Shown here in pieces: positions 26,201-35,491 of a stretch of 64,000 nt of DNA (position 1 is its first letter; every line of letters starts with the position of its first letter). Made by a program: the position numbers and the translations under genes. The stretch comes from an uncultured Verrucomicrobiota bacterium (GTDB lineage Bacteria; Verrucomicrobiota; Verrucomicrobiia; Methylacidiphilales; CAMAQI01), in the NCBI GenBank assembly GCA_964555235.1, contig CAZKRU010000001.1, positions 7,915 through 71,914 of the forward strand. Reading direction: 5' to 3'. Under the pieces are notes generated by a model. It did not search any database and was not told the DNA's origin. It saw nothing but the letters and a program-made list of their open reading frames with translations.

Positions 26201-26690
26201 GCACGGCCGCTGTCGTAATTAACCTCGCGGTTGAGGTCCCTTGAATGGTCACATTGGCCGCATTCGATAGAATCCCACCAATATTGACATTCCCAGTCCC
26301 CGTACTGTTAAAAGTGACATTCCCTAAAAGCGAAATGGCTTGGTTAATTTGAAAAGTACCAGCGGTATTGCTCACCACGCTCCCTCCGCTCGCGAGCGAG
26401 AAGGTGTTGCCCGTTAAAGTAAGCCCTCCACCGGTTGAGAGCGTGAGACTATTCAAAGTAAGTCCAACAAGATCCTGTGATGTCGGATCAAACGTTGCCG
26501 CACTTGAATCCAAGGTAACATCATCCCCATTCGCCGGCACACCGCCCGTCCAGTTTCCACCCGTCGACCAAAGGGAATCAGTGGAAACTAAAGGATTCCA
26601 AGTTACCGAAGCCGCATTCATTGGAACATTAAACCCTATGAGGCAGAAAACAGACCAAAAAAGGGGCTTACAGCTTCGATACGTGATCAT
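23226..26690 (-). CDS. Autotransporter adhesin-like protein (beta-strand-repeat passenger + C-terminal beta-barrel)
   Basis: 1154 aa with a signal peptide. The passenger carries many G/T/N-rich repeats of autotransporter-associated beta-strand type (e.g. TGNWLLNGGTLVTL, GGTLKGRGTISGDLVINSG). The C-terminal ~280 aa have alternating-residue barrel character and end ...LDLGVTSRF. Confidence 0.9.
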   Translation of the reverse strand: MITYRSCKPLFWSVFCLIGFNVPMNAASVTWNPLVSTDSLWSTGGNWTGGVPANGDDVTLDSSAATFDPTSQDLVGLTLNSLTLSTGGGLTLTGNTFSLASGGSVVSNTAGTFQINQAISLLGNVTFNSTGTGNVNIGGILSNAANVTIQGTSTARLITTAAVHTFTGNWLLNGGTLVTLNDGRLGDAANDLIFGGGRFRANNFTLGASRVLDFSGGNGEIQITSLAGTVFQLNTAGQLVGGNTLTFSGSTNGTNTVKMLIGAANTGFTGTLVLNGVNTGDQIDLRDGNSLGQTGTKGVLTLNKGTLTLTNDTATTFGNNTTVNAASSGDTTITIDRATAGAGINHTMGTLSVGTNPLTVNKGANVTSGTAGLIFGATTLTGNPTFTLTGANMTLGNLSTGNTSRTITVANGSTGQLHFSGTVTPGNGNQSLVFDNAAAALAGSTTFDSGSTFVFTLGTTSDKVRFFNYSNGEVVLNSNAITINQGAGFAAGSFTLYDFFSDSGTTATAHGFTNELGAVTIAGGGFSGALVYNANTISLTVSLSANNLELAPDATAYGGTTGITQTGTGSQTLIGANTSTGMATVNSGTLTIGTSAGGNWAGNVVANGGTLKGRGTISGDLVINSGALYSPGNSPGIQQVGSLTINPGGSLLIEIDGATAGNGSGFYDQTQVGGAAVINGGTLQGFTIFSGSTNFVPQFGTKVTFLTASSVTGSFQSYDFSGNGNGVSWMPEYRNTEVNLFAVPADFGNVSGFNSNQNSVGRALQSFRPAAIDARTVAGSSGVTATSDVGKIFNGLMRQDNSGLKTAYDQLSPEKLTAMSATVKQFGSISNSGTNQRLSQIRWGDRGVSLNGITLQTLDGDYENELLAVEKGAILIPKKKFSGKTGFFVNTTGSYSDVDSDERRIGYENRLGGITAGIDQELTKEVTAGFFAGQGYADTKLGGGGGSVEANSGRIGIYGGYHKNGYYLNGSLGAGTTSFDTKRNIGFIGETASGSTQGYDLSGQIVGGVDFQAEEWVWGPIAKLDYGYQWIEKYKERGSAARLNLGSQAGASAETGAGMRVSRPFNYNGWKWIPELRLMGSHQWEKPNEIRAQFAAGGDAFTVHPEGAGREMIIPGAGFQLRFSETTTLNFGYEARVNLESCSHQLDLGVTSRF

Positions 26691-26846
26691 TGTGGTGGCT
26701 TTCTACAGCTTAACCGATACTAACCTAAGCCTTTATCTCAGCACTTTCAAGCCATTCAAATTATCTTCCCCCAGCCCGCAGCCTCCCCCCCCCTCATCAT
26801 GAATACTTGCGAAGTTGATGGCACTTACACCAATGAAAAAAGATCA

Positions 26847-27485
26847 CTACCGCCGAAATGAGCGAATATTTCCAGTAAGGGAGTCGATCTGTATGGTAAA
26901 AAAATTAACGAGTGTCGATGCCCGCTTATCGCGATCCACCACCAACGTCACATAGTTTTCATTGCTCCCCAAGTCCGTTGAGCCATTGGGATTGAAGGAA
27001 AAACTCCGATAGCGATAGTTGCTCCCATAAACCCCTACATTGGGCGAATTCCGATCAGGAAACATCTCAGGATGGAGATTAGAAAAAAGGAGCGGCGACG
27101 CTTCCTCCCAAAGAGCGATGATCACTGGAGGGGGGAAATATTCCACTTTGGTCAGTGGCGTCGGCCGCTTCTCTTCCGAAAGAAAAAGCTGAAATGCAGC
27201 GTAGCCGGCCGGAGGAGCTGAGACCGCCTTTCCTGACTCAGGAAGCATGTAAAATCGCACTTCCACCGGCAAGCCGCGAGCCACTGCCGTTTGATGCGCC
27301 AAGTTGAGCTGATCGAACAAACGACGCCCACTCTGATTTAATTGATATGCCCTCATGACCCCTCCGATTGAAGGAACTGTCACTGCGGCAATCACTCCAA
27401 TAATCACCAGTACCACCAGCAATTCAATTAACGTGAAGGCGCTCCTGCATCGCCCTCCTGCCTGTTTTTGAGAAATCCGATTCAT
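26847..27485 (-). CDS. Prepilin-type N-terminal methylation-domain protein (GspH/FimT-like minor pseudopilin)
   Basis: 212 aa with RSAFTLIELLVVLVIIGVIAAV, followed by QLNLAHQTAVARGLPVEVRF. Confidence 0.8.
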   Translation of the reverse strand: MNRISQKQAGGRCRSAFTLIELLVVLVIIGVIAAVTVPSIGGVMRAYQLNQSGRRLFDQLNLAHQTAVARGLPVEVRFYMLPESGKAVSAPPAGYAAFQLFLSEEKRPTPLTKVEYFPPPVIIALWEEASPLLFSNLHPEMFPDRNSPNVGVYGSNYRYRSFSFNPNGSTDLGSNENYVTLVVDRDKRASTLVNFFTIQIDSLTGNIRSFRR

Positions 27486-27488
27486 TGC

Positions 27489-30400
27489 TTACTGAGTAAA
27501 TCGTTTCGTGGAAACCGTCCTAAACTTGTAGAACCGACTAATCGGAAGCGGAGTCGATTGATTAGGGTCGGCGTAGTCAGGAATAGAAGTATTGCTTAAA
27601 TCTAAATAGCGTTCCACCGTTTGACAGCCTCGATATTCTGCTTGAATCAGATCCTCGCCATCGACCCAAATCGAAGGATTTCCCTTCTTCTGTTTCTGCA
27701 GAGACTGCACCCTCGCATAAATCGTAAACGTATTCGACTTCGTCGTCAGTCGAGGATAAATCGTCGCGTAGGGCCGCTCACGGGAGTTATCTCCGGTCAC
27801 CCGTTTATCATTCCAATACGTGGACATCGACGAGTACGTTGCCCCTCCCTCTTGAGGAACAATCGGAAGGGTACAGATTTCACTCGCTGAACGGAAAATA
27901 TCCTTTGTTGTAAATCGATTTTTGAAGCCTTTGAGGGTTTCATCCATGTTAACAGGATATCGAAATTCCGTTGACGTCAATGCGGCCGCCTGCCCCTTCT
28001 GCTTATATTCATGCGCCAACGATTCGGGAATCGAAATCACTTTTTCAGATTTTAAGATCGAACGTATCCCCGTCTCGCGGGTAATGTAGGTAAACGGAAC
28101 AATCTGATAATTCATATTAATACGACCGCCCGTCGAAAGCGGCTCACTAATGGCATAAGGCTCCACGACAGGCATATTGAATAACTCCAGAAGCAAGTGA
28201 TCCGCTGGCGCTCCAGTACTGGCGACACCACTCCCGTTTCGATCCTTATTCCCGGGATGTGTTCCACTCGGGTCTGGACGAAACAAGAGCGTCTGCCAGG
28301 GCCGAAACGACCAGACGCCCGTCGGCAGCGACCCTAACATCACAGGTGATGGCATAATTCGATTCGGAGAAAAACGCGCACTCCCCACCAAGGTATTTGC
28401 TGTATAATAAGGAGTCGCCCCGTCGGCCCCCTCGTCCGGCTTGTTGATGTACGGACCATCCGGATACCACGATACTCCGTTATCCCAGTCACCTGGCAGG
28501 TCCGTCGCAGCGTTATAGGCAGTCGTTTTCCCCATCGCCACCCCAGTCGTAAACGTATCCGGAACCACCGAAGAATCACGAGGCGCTAAGTTGTCGATTT
28601 TGTTTTTTAGAATTGCCTGATTGAAGCGTGCCTTACACTCACTATACGTTCCGTTTCCGGTATTCGGCAAGCCGACCAATTTCCCGACAGTCGATTGATA
28701 GAAAGGGTGATTCTGCCCGGCCCTCATGTTGTGAGCCCAAAAATCCGTGGATGTAGAATAGAGACTGTGAGGCATATACATTAAATTATAATTGGCATCC
28801 GAAACCTGAACCGTTTCGCGCACCGCAATCAAGCGCATGTCTCCCACCGCAGGAACGATCGCTCGGACACGATCCTCCTCTTGAACCCATGTCGGCTCCT
28901 GATTTCCATCCGTACAACTCAATCGACAGTTTGAGCCGATTAACTTTCGATAATTGAGTGGCGCGGACACTCCCGCTTTGGTCTCAATCGAGAGCAGGGG
29001 CACTGGAAAAGTCGCTGTCGGAAATTTCAATTCTATCGATTGCAACAACACTTCAGGGGTTGCTGAGCTCCAAAGTTCAAATTTAACAATTCCATTTGCT
29101 GACGGATTGAAAGGGAATGTCGGCGGCGCCGCTGATTTGTCCATGTTGATTGGAATACTGATCAGTGGATAAGCGGTATTTTTGGCCGCTGCCGAAACGG
29201 CTCCGATCCCTCCGCCATAAGGGTGATCACCGAACATCCGATTCGGTGAAGGTTGTCCGGCGGTTCCTGATCCGTTCATGGTGACCGTTGCGGCATCCGA
29301 TTTAAACATTGGCACTTCTCCCACGATCCCTGTCCACTTCATGCTCAATAATCCACTGACTTTGACGGTGTATTCAGGAAAATTTCCAGGAAACCCATGG
29401 GAGGGGTCAAAAAATTGAGGAATCAATACCGCCATCACTGTTTGCTGTTGTCCCACCGGATCTGCCACAGTTGGAAATCCATTGGCAATCAGATCCGCAT
29501 TATTAAGATTGGTTCGGTTCGCAATCAAGGGAGCATCACCTGAGGCAACCCCTACAAATAAAAGGGTTGCTCCTTGGAGCGTCGGAAACCGTCCAAAGCC
29601 TCGAGTTCCCGTGGTTGAGTCCTTGATGGGAACCACCTGCCCGGACCGTTTAATCAACTGCTGATTCACAAAATCATACGGCGTATAGGTCGTCATTCTT
29701 GCCACAGAGGTATCAATGAGATTCACACAGCGAATATAATCAAAAATCTCTGTTAAAATCTGATCCCGGTCCGTTCCACCGGCAGGATTCGTGGTGGAAT
29801 ATTTTTCAGAAAACTTGCCACCAAACCCAGGAATTCTCTGAGAGGTCAACTGACGAAGGTATTCCAGAAGCTGCCGATTCCGTCCCAAGCCCGTGACGGA
29901 GCCAGTGACCGGAAGATCCGTGCTCGGGCTGTTCGCATTCTCGCGTTGAAAATAATAGAGCTTTCCATTCACCGTAGAACAGAGCGCAATCAATTGATCC
30001 AACGTCGTTCGATATTCTTTCGAATTCGTAAGCGAAATGGGCCACATTGAAACGCGAGGCTGGTTAAAAAGATTCACATCCGGCGCTCGACTAAACGCCG
30101 TTAAAAAGAATTTGGCCTTTTCCAACGTTTCTCCCGTCAACTTCACCGTGTCATTTTCGAGTCGGGTTGATTCATCAATCGATTCCTCAATGATGGGGCT
30201 GAACGCCAATTCATCAACACTGGCGAAAAGTCGATCTGAGTCCGGTGTCACTCCACTTCCCGCCACCGTCCCTCCCAGCGAGGTTCCGGTTCCCCCTTTG
30301 ACACGGGGAAGGATTTGATAAAGCTTCTCCCTCCATTGATCGTCTGAAAAGCCCTGCGGTTTTTTTAAGACTGTCGAGAGCGAGGTCATCGACGGATGTC

Positions 30401-31304
30401 CAGGATACCGCTGAAACTCATGCTGTCCTGGCTGACGACTTCCGTAGTACGAATCCTGATTGCTACTCAAAAGCGGCGTGCTCCAATATGTCCCCTCGGA
30501 AGCCGTATTGATATTCACCTTGCACGTTTCGTCATCCGCCCAAAATGCAATACGACCAATGATCGGATTCGATGCCGTTGCGGATTTGATAATTGCCTCT
30601 CCGGGATTCGAGCCTGCTTCGGCTTGCACAATCCGCCCATCCGCGAGAACATAAAGCCATCGCACTGGCATCGGAATCTCATTATTCGAAGAAATCGGAG
30701 CATCTTTTGCCACGGAAAAACCATCAATATCAGGAACCTTGTCGCCATCGGAATCGTAGGTTTTGACCCCATTCATTTCCACCAAATGATTGGCATCGAG
30801 GATCGGATAATAAGATTTACCATTCACTCGATAAGGCTGATTGAGATCCGTAAATAAAGCACTCTGGTCCTTCCAGCTCTCAGGAACTCGCTCCAATTCA
30901 TGGCTCGGATCAAATCCTCCTTTTTGACTCATGGTGCTCCAAGAATAGAGCTTGTAGCAAGTAGCGACCGCGCCACTCTGGTCGTAAGTTCGAATCATCC
31001 CCGGCTGTGAAGCCCAGGCCAAAGGGGCGTCCCCCTCCTCCGTTACTCCACGCGTCGCTTGAGTAATTTGGGAGATGCAGAAATGATAAGCTGATTGAGT
31101 GAGCAACTCAGCACGGGCCCCCTCCGAATATCGCTTGGAGGACTGCATTTCCGTGGAAACACTTCCAACAAAGGCCATCACCAAGGCCACCAAAAAGACC
31201 AAGCTGGAGAGAACAATCAGTAGCGCCATCCCGCGACGATCAGAAAACGTTCTCCTTGGAAAAAGCGAAAAGACCTTGTTCCATTTTTTCACAACGGACT
31301 CCAT
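27489..31304 (-). CDS. Giant pseudopilin-operon protein with GspK-like N-terminal anchor
   Basis: 1271 aa. The N-terminus RRGMALLIVLSSLVFLVALVMAFVGS resembles minor pseudopilin K. The remaining ~1200 aa match no family recognisable by eye. A 16-nt overlap links it to the upstream gene. Confidence 0.8.
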   Translation of the reverse strand: MESVVKKWNKVFSLFPRRTFSDRRGMALLIVLSSLVFLVALVMAFVGSVSTEMQSSKRYSEGARAELLTQSAYHFCISQITQATRGVTEEGDAPLAWASQPGMIRTYDQSGAVATCYKLYSWSTMSQKGGFDPSHELERVPESWKDQSALFTDLNQPYRVNGKSYYPILDANHLVEMNGVKTYDSDGDKVPDIDGFSVAKDAPISSNNEIPMPVRWLYVLADGRIVQAEAGSNPGEAIIKSATASNPIIGRIAFWADDETCKVNINTASEGTYWSTPLLSSNQDSYYGSRQPGQHEFQRYPGHPSMTSLSTVLKKPQGFSDDQWREKLYQILPRVKGGTGTSLGGTVAGSGVTPDSDRLFASVDELAFSPIIEESIDESTRLENDTVKLTGETLEKAKFFLTAFSRAPDVNLFNQPRVSMWPISLTNSKEYRTTLDQLIALCSTVNGKLYYFQRENANSPSTDLPVTGSVTGLGRNRQLLEYLRQLTSQRIPGFGGKFSEKYSTTNPAGGTDRDQILTEIFDYIRCVNLIDTSVARMTTYTPYDFVNQQLIKRSGQVVPIKDSTTGTRGFGRFPTLQGATLLFVGVASGDAPLIANRTNLNNADLIANGFPTVADPVGQQQTVMAVLIPQFFDPSHGFPGNFPEYTVKVSGLLSMKWTGIVGEVPMFKSDAATVTMNGSGTAGQPSPNRMFGDHPYGGGIGAVSAAAKNTAYPLISIPINMDKSAAPPTFPFNPSANGIVKFELWSSATPEVLLQSIELKFPTATFPVPLLSIETKAGVSAPLNYRKLIGSNCRLSCTDGNQEPTWVQEEDRVRAIVPAVGDMRLIAVRETVQVSDANYNLMYMPHSLYSTSTDFWAHNMRAGQNHPFYQSTVGKLVGLPNTGNGTYSECKARFNQAILKNKIDNLAPRDSSVVPDTFTTGVAMGKTTAYNAATDLPGDWDNGVSWYPDGPYINKPDEGADGATPYYTANTLVGSARFSPNRIMPSPVMLGSLPTGVWSFRPWQTLLFRPDPSGTHPGNKDRNGSGVASTGAPADHLLLELFNMPVVEPYAISEPLSTGGRINMNYQIVPFTYITRETGIRSILKSEKVISIPESLAHEYKQKGQAAALTSTEFRYPVNMDETLKGFKNRFTTKDIFRSASEICTLPIVPQEGGATYSSMSTYWNDKRVTGDNSRERPYATIYPRLTTKSNTFTIYARVQSLQKQKKGNPSIWVDGEDLIQAEYRGCQTVERYLDLSNTSIPDYADPNQSTPLPISRFYKFRTVSTKRFTQ

Positions 31305-32311
31305 TTCGAGTTTTTCAACGAAATCACCGTTCTAAAAATCCGGTAGGAAATCTTTCTTTGGGTCAAATTTTCGCCAAATCGTTTCACGTCCTCATCCAAT
31401 TTTAATGCATCTTGAAAAAAACCATCATTCAATCCGATCTCGGGAGGAGTTTCACTCTCACCCAATCTCACAATCGAAGCTTCATCCACGGCCACCAGAA
31501 CCACCTCAATCGTCGGAGGTAATTGATTCTCCGTCACCTGCGGCGGCGTGCTCGATCCAGGAACCGGACGCGTATCGTATTGATAGTTGCGAGTCAGCGG
31601 AGCTCCCGCACTACCATCGGACGAAGCCAAACGAGGTAACACGATCAAGGCAACAATATTCTCGGCGAGCTCACGCACTGGAGGATGCGATTCCTCAAAG
31701 GGCTTACTGAGCCAGAGATTATTCGCTCCACGGACTTTGTCATAAATGGCCAAACTCTCTGACGGCTGTATGAATTGCATCAACCGATAGCGGTATTGAT
31801 GAGGAAACGGTTTGGATAATTTATCCAAAAAAGTGGGCCTTAGCAAATCCTTATCATATTTTACATAAAATCCACAAACATTCAGGAGTGACTCCATGTG
31901 TTTGTATCGACTGTTGTTAGAGACCCCAAGAGTTGTCTGAAAAAAAATCGAGTGAGTCATTTGATCGGGAACCAACCCCTTTCCCGAGACGAGACAGAGA
32001 TCGGATTTCCTCACGTAACCCTCAACCTCTCCGGAGAAAGAATTATATCGATAGTCATAATAGGTATTGAGCGTGGCATTCCCCAAAGTCGCCGTAATCA
32101 CATCAAAAGAATTGCGCGCCGCCTGAAAGGCTTCGATTTGCGTCGTGCACCGCTTCCAGACCGTGGAGACTTGCTGCGTAATTTGAAAAATGATCCCCAT
32201 GATCACAACCAGAATCGTCGTCGCCACAAGCATCTCGACCATTGTAAAGCCACGATGCCCTGGAGAACTTCCAATCCTTGCACTCCCGACTAAAATCATC
32301 TTAAAGCTCAT
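31289..32311 (-). CDS. Prepilin-type N-terminal methylation-domain protein (GspJ-like position)
   Basis: 340 aa with HRGFTMVEMLVATTILVVIMGIIF. Confidence 0.8.
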   Translation of the reverse strand: MSFKMILVGSARIGSSPGHRGFTMVEMLVATTILVVIMGIIFQITQQVSTVWKRCTTQIEAFQAARNSFDVITATLGNATLNTYYDYRYNSFSGEVEGYVRKSDLCLVSGKGLVPDQMTHSIFFQTTLGVSNNSRYKHMESLLNVCGFYVKYDKDLLRPTFLDKLSKPFPHQYRYRLMQFIQPSESLAIYDKVRGANNLWLSKPFEESHPPVRELAENIVALIVLPRLASSDGSAGAPLTRNYQYDTRPVPGSSTPPQVTENQLPPTIEVVLVAVDEASIVRLGESETPPEIGLNDGFFQDALKLDEDVKRFGENLTQRKISYRIFRTVISLKNSKWSPL

Positions 32312-32321
32312 CGAGTCACGA

Positions 32322-32780
32322 TTATTCCCGGGAAACGATCAGAGGATAGGACCTCTCTCCCGTCCTGCCTAGCTCTTTGATCTTAATAAAAACCGTTTTA
32401 CCGGCGGTTGGTGAGACTCCCCCTTCCACATTAAAATCGCCAATCTCAATCTGGACGGTAAAAATACACTGCGGATTCCCCGCCTCAACCCGCATTCCTT
32501 GATGATCAAAATAAGCAGAGTAAGCCCTCAACTGGTCATAACTCGTTCGACCAATGTCATTCGACAGCGCTTTGATAATATTGGACTCAGAAGTGAGCGA
32601 CGTCGCCTTGCGAAAATGACCCAAGCCGACCGGCACCATTCCGACAATTCCAACGAGAGCAAAGCCGACAATTCCGAGAGCAATGGCGGTTTCGACCAAG
32701 CTGAAGCCCGCAATTTTTCGATTTCTCCGTTGGAGGAGCCCCTTAAACTTGGAACTTCGAGTGGCATTCAAATGATTCAT
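32322..32780 (-). CDS. Prepilin-type N-terminal methylation-domain protein (GspI-like size)
   Basis: 152 aa with IAGFSLVETAIALGIVGFAL. Confidence 0.8.
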   Translation of the reverse strand: MNHLNATRSSKFKGLLQRRNRKIAGFSLVETAIALGIVGFALVGIVGMVPVGLGHFRKATSLTSESNIIKALSNDIGRTSYDQLRAYSAYFDHQGMRVEAGNPQCIFTVQIEIGDFNVEGGVSPTAGKTVFIKIKELGRTGERSYPLIVSRE

Positions 32781-32853
32781 GGCTTTTTCCTAAACCCAAC
32801 ACTTCGCTTGCTTTCCAAAAACTAGCAAAGATTCAACTTGCTGACAAGATAAA

Positions 32854-32868
32854 TTTATCATATACTAT
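32854..32868. promoter_or_regulatory. Weak copy of TTATCATATGATAAT palindrome in the divergent pseudopilin/sulfatase intergenic region
   Basis: tttatcatatactat is essentially the left half-site only (11/15). Confidence 0.3.
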
Positions 32869-33124
32869 ATTTTATGAAATCAAAATATTCTCAGATTTAC
32901 ATTCTTAATTACAAGTCAATTACAACCCAAGGCGAAACTCATTCCGATCATTATTTATCCTATGCGAATTAATTGTAAAATTGGCAGCCAACCCTTGCGG
33001 AGTCTTCTTTGAAGACGAGATCCCCCTTCCATGAAGCCATGATTCTGGAGCCTTTACGAGGAGTAATTTACAGAATTGCCTTACCAACTTTACCCACCCA
33101 GACTTCAACGTCAACCGAACCCTC

Positions 33125-34447
33125 ATGAACCCTCCCCTTGTTACACGCCCCAATCTCATTTTCTTTTTTACCGATCAGCAGCGCTGGGATTCCACAGGCC
33201 TCCACGGGAATCCACTCGACCTCACTCCCAATTTGGACCGGATTGCTCGAGCTAACACTCACCTGAGTCACTGCTTTACTCCTCAACCGGTTTGCGGCCC
33301 CGCACGCGCCTGCCTTCAAACCGGCATGTACGCCTCCTCTCATGGATGCATCAGCAATGGCGTCCCCCTCCCCGACAACCTACCCCTTCTGGCAAACTCC
33401 TTTCGCGAAGGCGGCTATGAAACGGCTTATATTGGAAAATGGCATTTAGCAGGACGCCAAAATCCACGAGGACCGGTCCCCGTCGAAAAACGGGGCGGCT
33501 ACGAATATTGGCTCGGCGCAGAAGCGATCGAACTAGTCACCGAGCCGTACCGCTGCAACGTTTATAATCAGGAAAATCAGGAGGTCATTCTTCCCGGCTA
33601 TCGCGTCGACGCACTCACAGATGCCGCGATCCGCTATGTCTCCACCCCAAAAGAAAAACCGTTCTTTCTATTTTTCTCTCTCTTGGAGCCACACCATCAA
33701 AACAACACCGATGACTACCCTGCCCCCACCGGATACGCAGATCGTTATCAAGGAAGATGGACTCCTCCCGATCTCCAAGCACTTGGAGGCACTTCTCCGC
33801 AACACCTCGGAGGCTATTGGGGAATGGTCCGGCGCATTGACGAAGCCTACGGACGACTGATGGACTCCCTCCAAAGCCTAAACCTTCTGGAGAAGACCGT
33901 CGTGGTCTTTACCTCCGATCATGGCTGTCACTTTAAGACGCGAAACAGCGAATACAAACGCTCGTGCCACGACGCCTCCCTCCGGGTTCCCGGAGTGATT
34001 AGCGGCCCCGGATTTTCGGGGGGCGGACAAATCGACAAACTCATCTCTCTCGTCGACCTCCCTCCCACCCTGCTAGAAGCCGCCGGACTTAAAGTTCCCG
34101 AGACCATGCAAGGCCGCTCACTCCTTCCCCTCCTTCGAGGAAATGCCGCTCCATGGCCGGAAGAAGTTTTCTTTCAAATCAGCGAGGCCTCTTTGGGTCG
34201 GGGAATTCGCACGCGGCGTTGGAAATACGCCGTCACAGCCCCCGCCCACATCAATACCCGTGATCGCGATTCCTCACTTTATCTGGAAACCGAGCTCTAC
34301 GATTTGAACTCCGATCCTTACGAACTCACGAACTTGATTGATAAATCAGGAATGGAACCGATCCTTTCTCCGTTACGCGAAACCTTACTCAAAAGAATGC
34401 GCGAAATTGGCGAACCCGAAGCAGTCATTCAAACCCGAGTGAAATAA
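33125..34447 (+). CDS. Sulfatase (formylglycine-dependent, S1 family)
   Basis: 440 aa with LIFFFTDQQRWD, CGPARACLQTGMY (the C-x-P-x-R motif) and VVFTSDHG. Confidence 0.9.
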   Translation: MNPPLVTRPNLIFFFTDQQRWDSTGLHGNPLDLTPNLDRIARANTHLSHCFTPQPVCGPARACLQTGMYASSHGCISNGVPLPDNLPLLANSFREGGYETAYIGKWHLAGRQNPRGPVPVEKRGGYEYWLGAEAIELVTEPYRCNVYNQENQEVILPGYRVDALTDAAIRYVSTPKEKPFFLFFSLLEPHHQNNTDDYPAPTGYADRYQGRWTPPDLQALGGTSPQHLGGYWGMVRRIDEAYGRLMDSLQSLNLLEKTVVVFTSDHGCHFKTRNSEYKRSCHDASLRVPGVISGPGFSGGGQIDKLISLVDLPPTLLEAAGLKVPETMQGRSLLPLLRGNAAPWPEEVFFQISEASLGRGIRTRRWKYAVTAPAHINTRDRDSSLYLETELYDLNSDPYELTNLIDKSGMEPILSPLRETLLKRMREIGEPEAVIQTRVK

Positions 34448-34459
34448 CGAGAATCAACC

Positions 34460-35491
34460 ATGAATCCCTCTCAAAACCGTGCTTTCGCTTTTCTTAAAAG
34501 ATGGACCGCTTTTTTTTGTTTTCTCCCTGGACTCGCCATCTCGCAGGAGGCCCCATCCTCCGAAAAAAACACCAACAGCCCTTATGTCCCAACGGACTAT
34601 ACCCAGGTTTTTGCGGATGAATTCAACGAGTCCAAGCTCGATCTCACGCAATGGTGGACGCGCTACATTTATAAAAACGGAATGCAGGACACCTTGAACA
34701 ACGAAAAGCAGCGCTACCGGGAAAACGAGAACCATCAAATGACCGGAAGCGCTCTTAAGCTCATAACCAAAAAAGCGACTGCCGATTCGACCCCAGAAGC
34801 GCCTTATGACTCCGGCATGATCCGTTCGAAAAAAACCTTCAAATATGGTTATTACGAATCCCGAGCAAAGATCCCGGAGTTTCTGGGCGTCCGAGCCTCC
34901 ATGTGGCTGACGAGCGACGCCACTCCTGACGGGGTTACCAGCTGGCCACCGGAGATCAACATCTTCTCCGTCGTCATCAATGTCAAAGAGGATATGGGGC
35001 CGCAAAAAAATGATTCTCCCAATATGGTTTTCACGGGAGTCGCCAATCGCAACAAGCAATATCCGAACCTCTGTCCGTGGGGCGTTACCAATCTCTTTCT
35101 GGATCCAAGTTATTCCGTCGCTCCCAAAGATCCCGGGGCCGGCTCCTACCATGCCCCCTTCAAGTTCACCGAGGACTTTCATGTTTTTGGAGCCCTATGG
35201 GAAGAGGATGACACGGTCACTGTTTTTATCGACGGCAAAAAGATCGTAAAACGAAGTTACCGCTGGGTGAATAAAGAAGGAATTGAAGCTCCTTTCGCAC
35301 ACCTCATGTTTACCCTTGCCGTCGGTGGATCGTGGGCTGGACGTTTCGGAATTGAAGATGCCAGCTTTCCTCAATCCATGGAAATTGATTATGTCCGGGT
35401 CTATCAGAGGAAAGATAAAATTCTGACCGGACAAAGCACGATTGGACGTGATCTTCTTTATCTTCTAAAATCAAGTAATCCCGCTCCATGA
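34460..35491 (+). CDS. GH16-like protein lacking the catalytic E-x-D-x-x-E motif
   Basis: 343 aa with a signal peptide, ~55% identical by eye to the next gene. The position of the catalytic motif reads SWPPEINIFSV. Confidence 0.8.
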   Translation: MNPSQNRAFAFLKRWTAFFCFLPGLAISQEAPSSEKNTNSPYVPTDYTQVFADEFNESKLDLTQWWTRYIYKNGMQDTLNNEKQRYRENENHQMTGSALKLITKKATADSTPEAPYDSGMIRSKKTFKYGYYESRAKIPEFLGVRASMWLTSDATPDGVTSWPPEINIFSVVINVKEDMGPQKNDSPNMVFTGVANRNKQYPNLCPWGVTNLFLDPSYSVAPKDPGAGSYHAPFKFTEDFHVFGALWEEDDTVTVFIDGKKIVKRSYRWVNKEGIEAPFAHLMFTLAVGGSWAGRFGIEDASFPQSMEIDYVRVYQRKDKILTGQSTIGRDLLYLLKSSNPAP

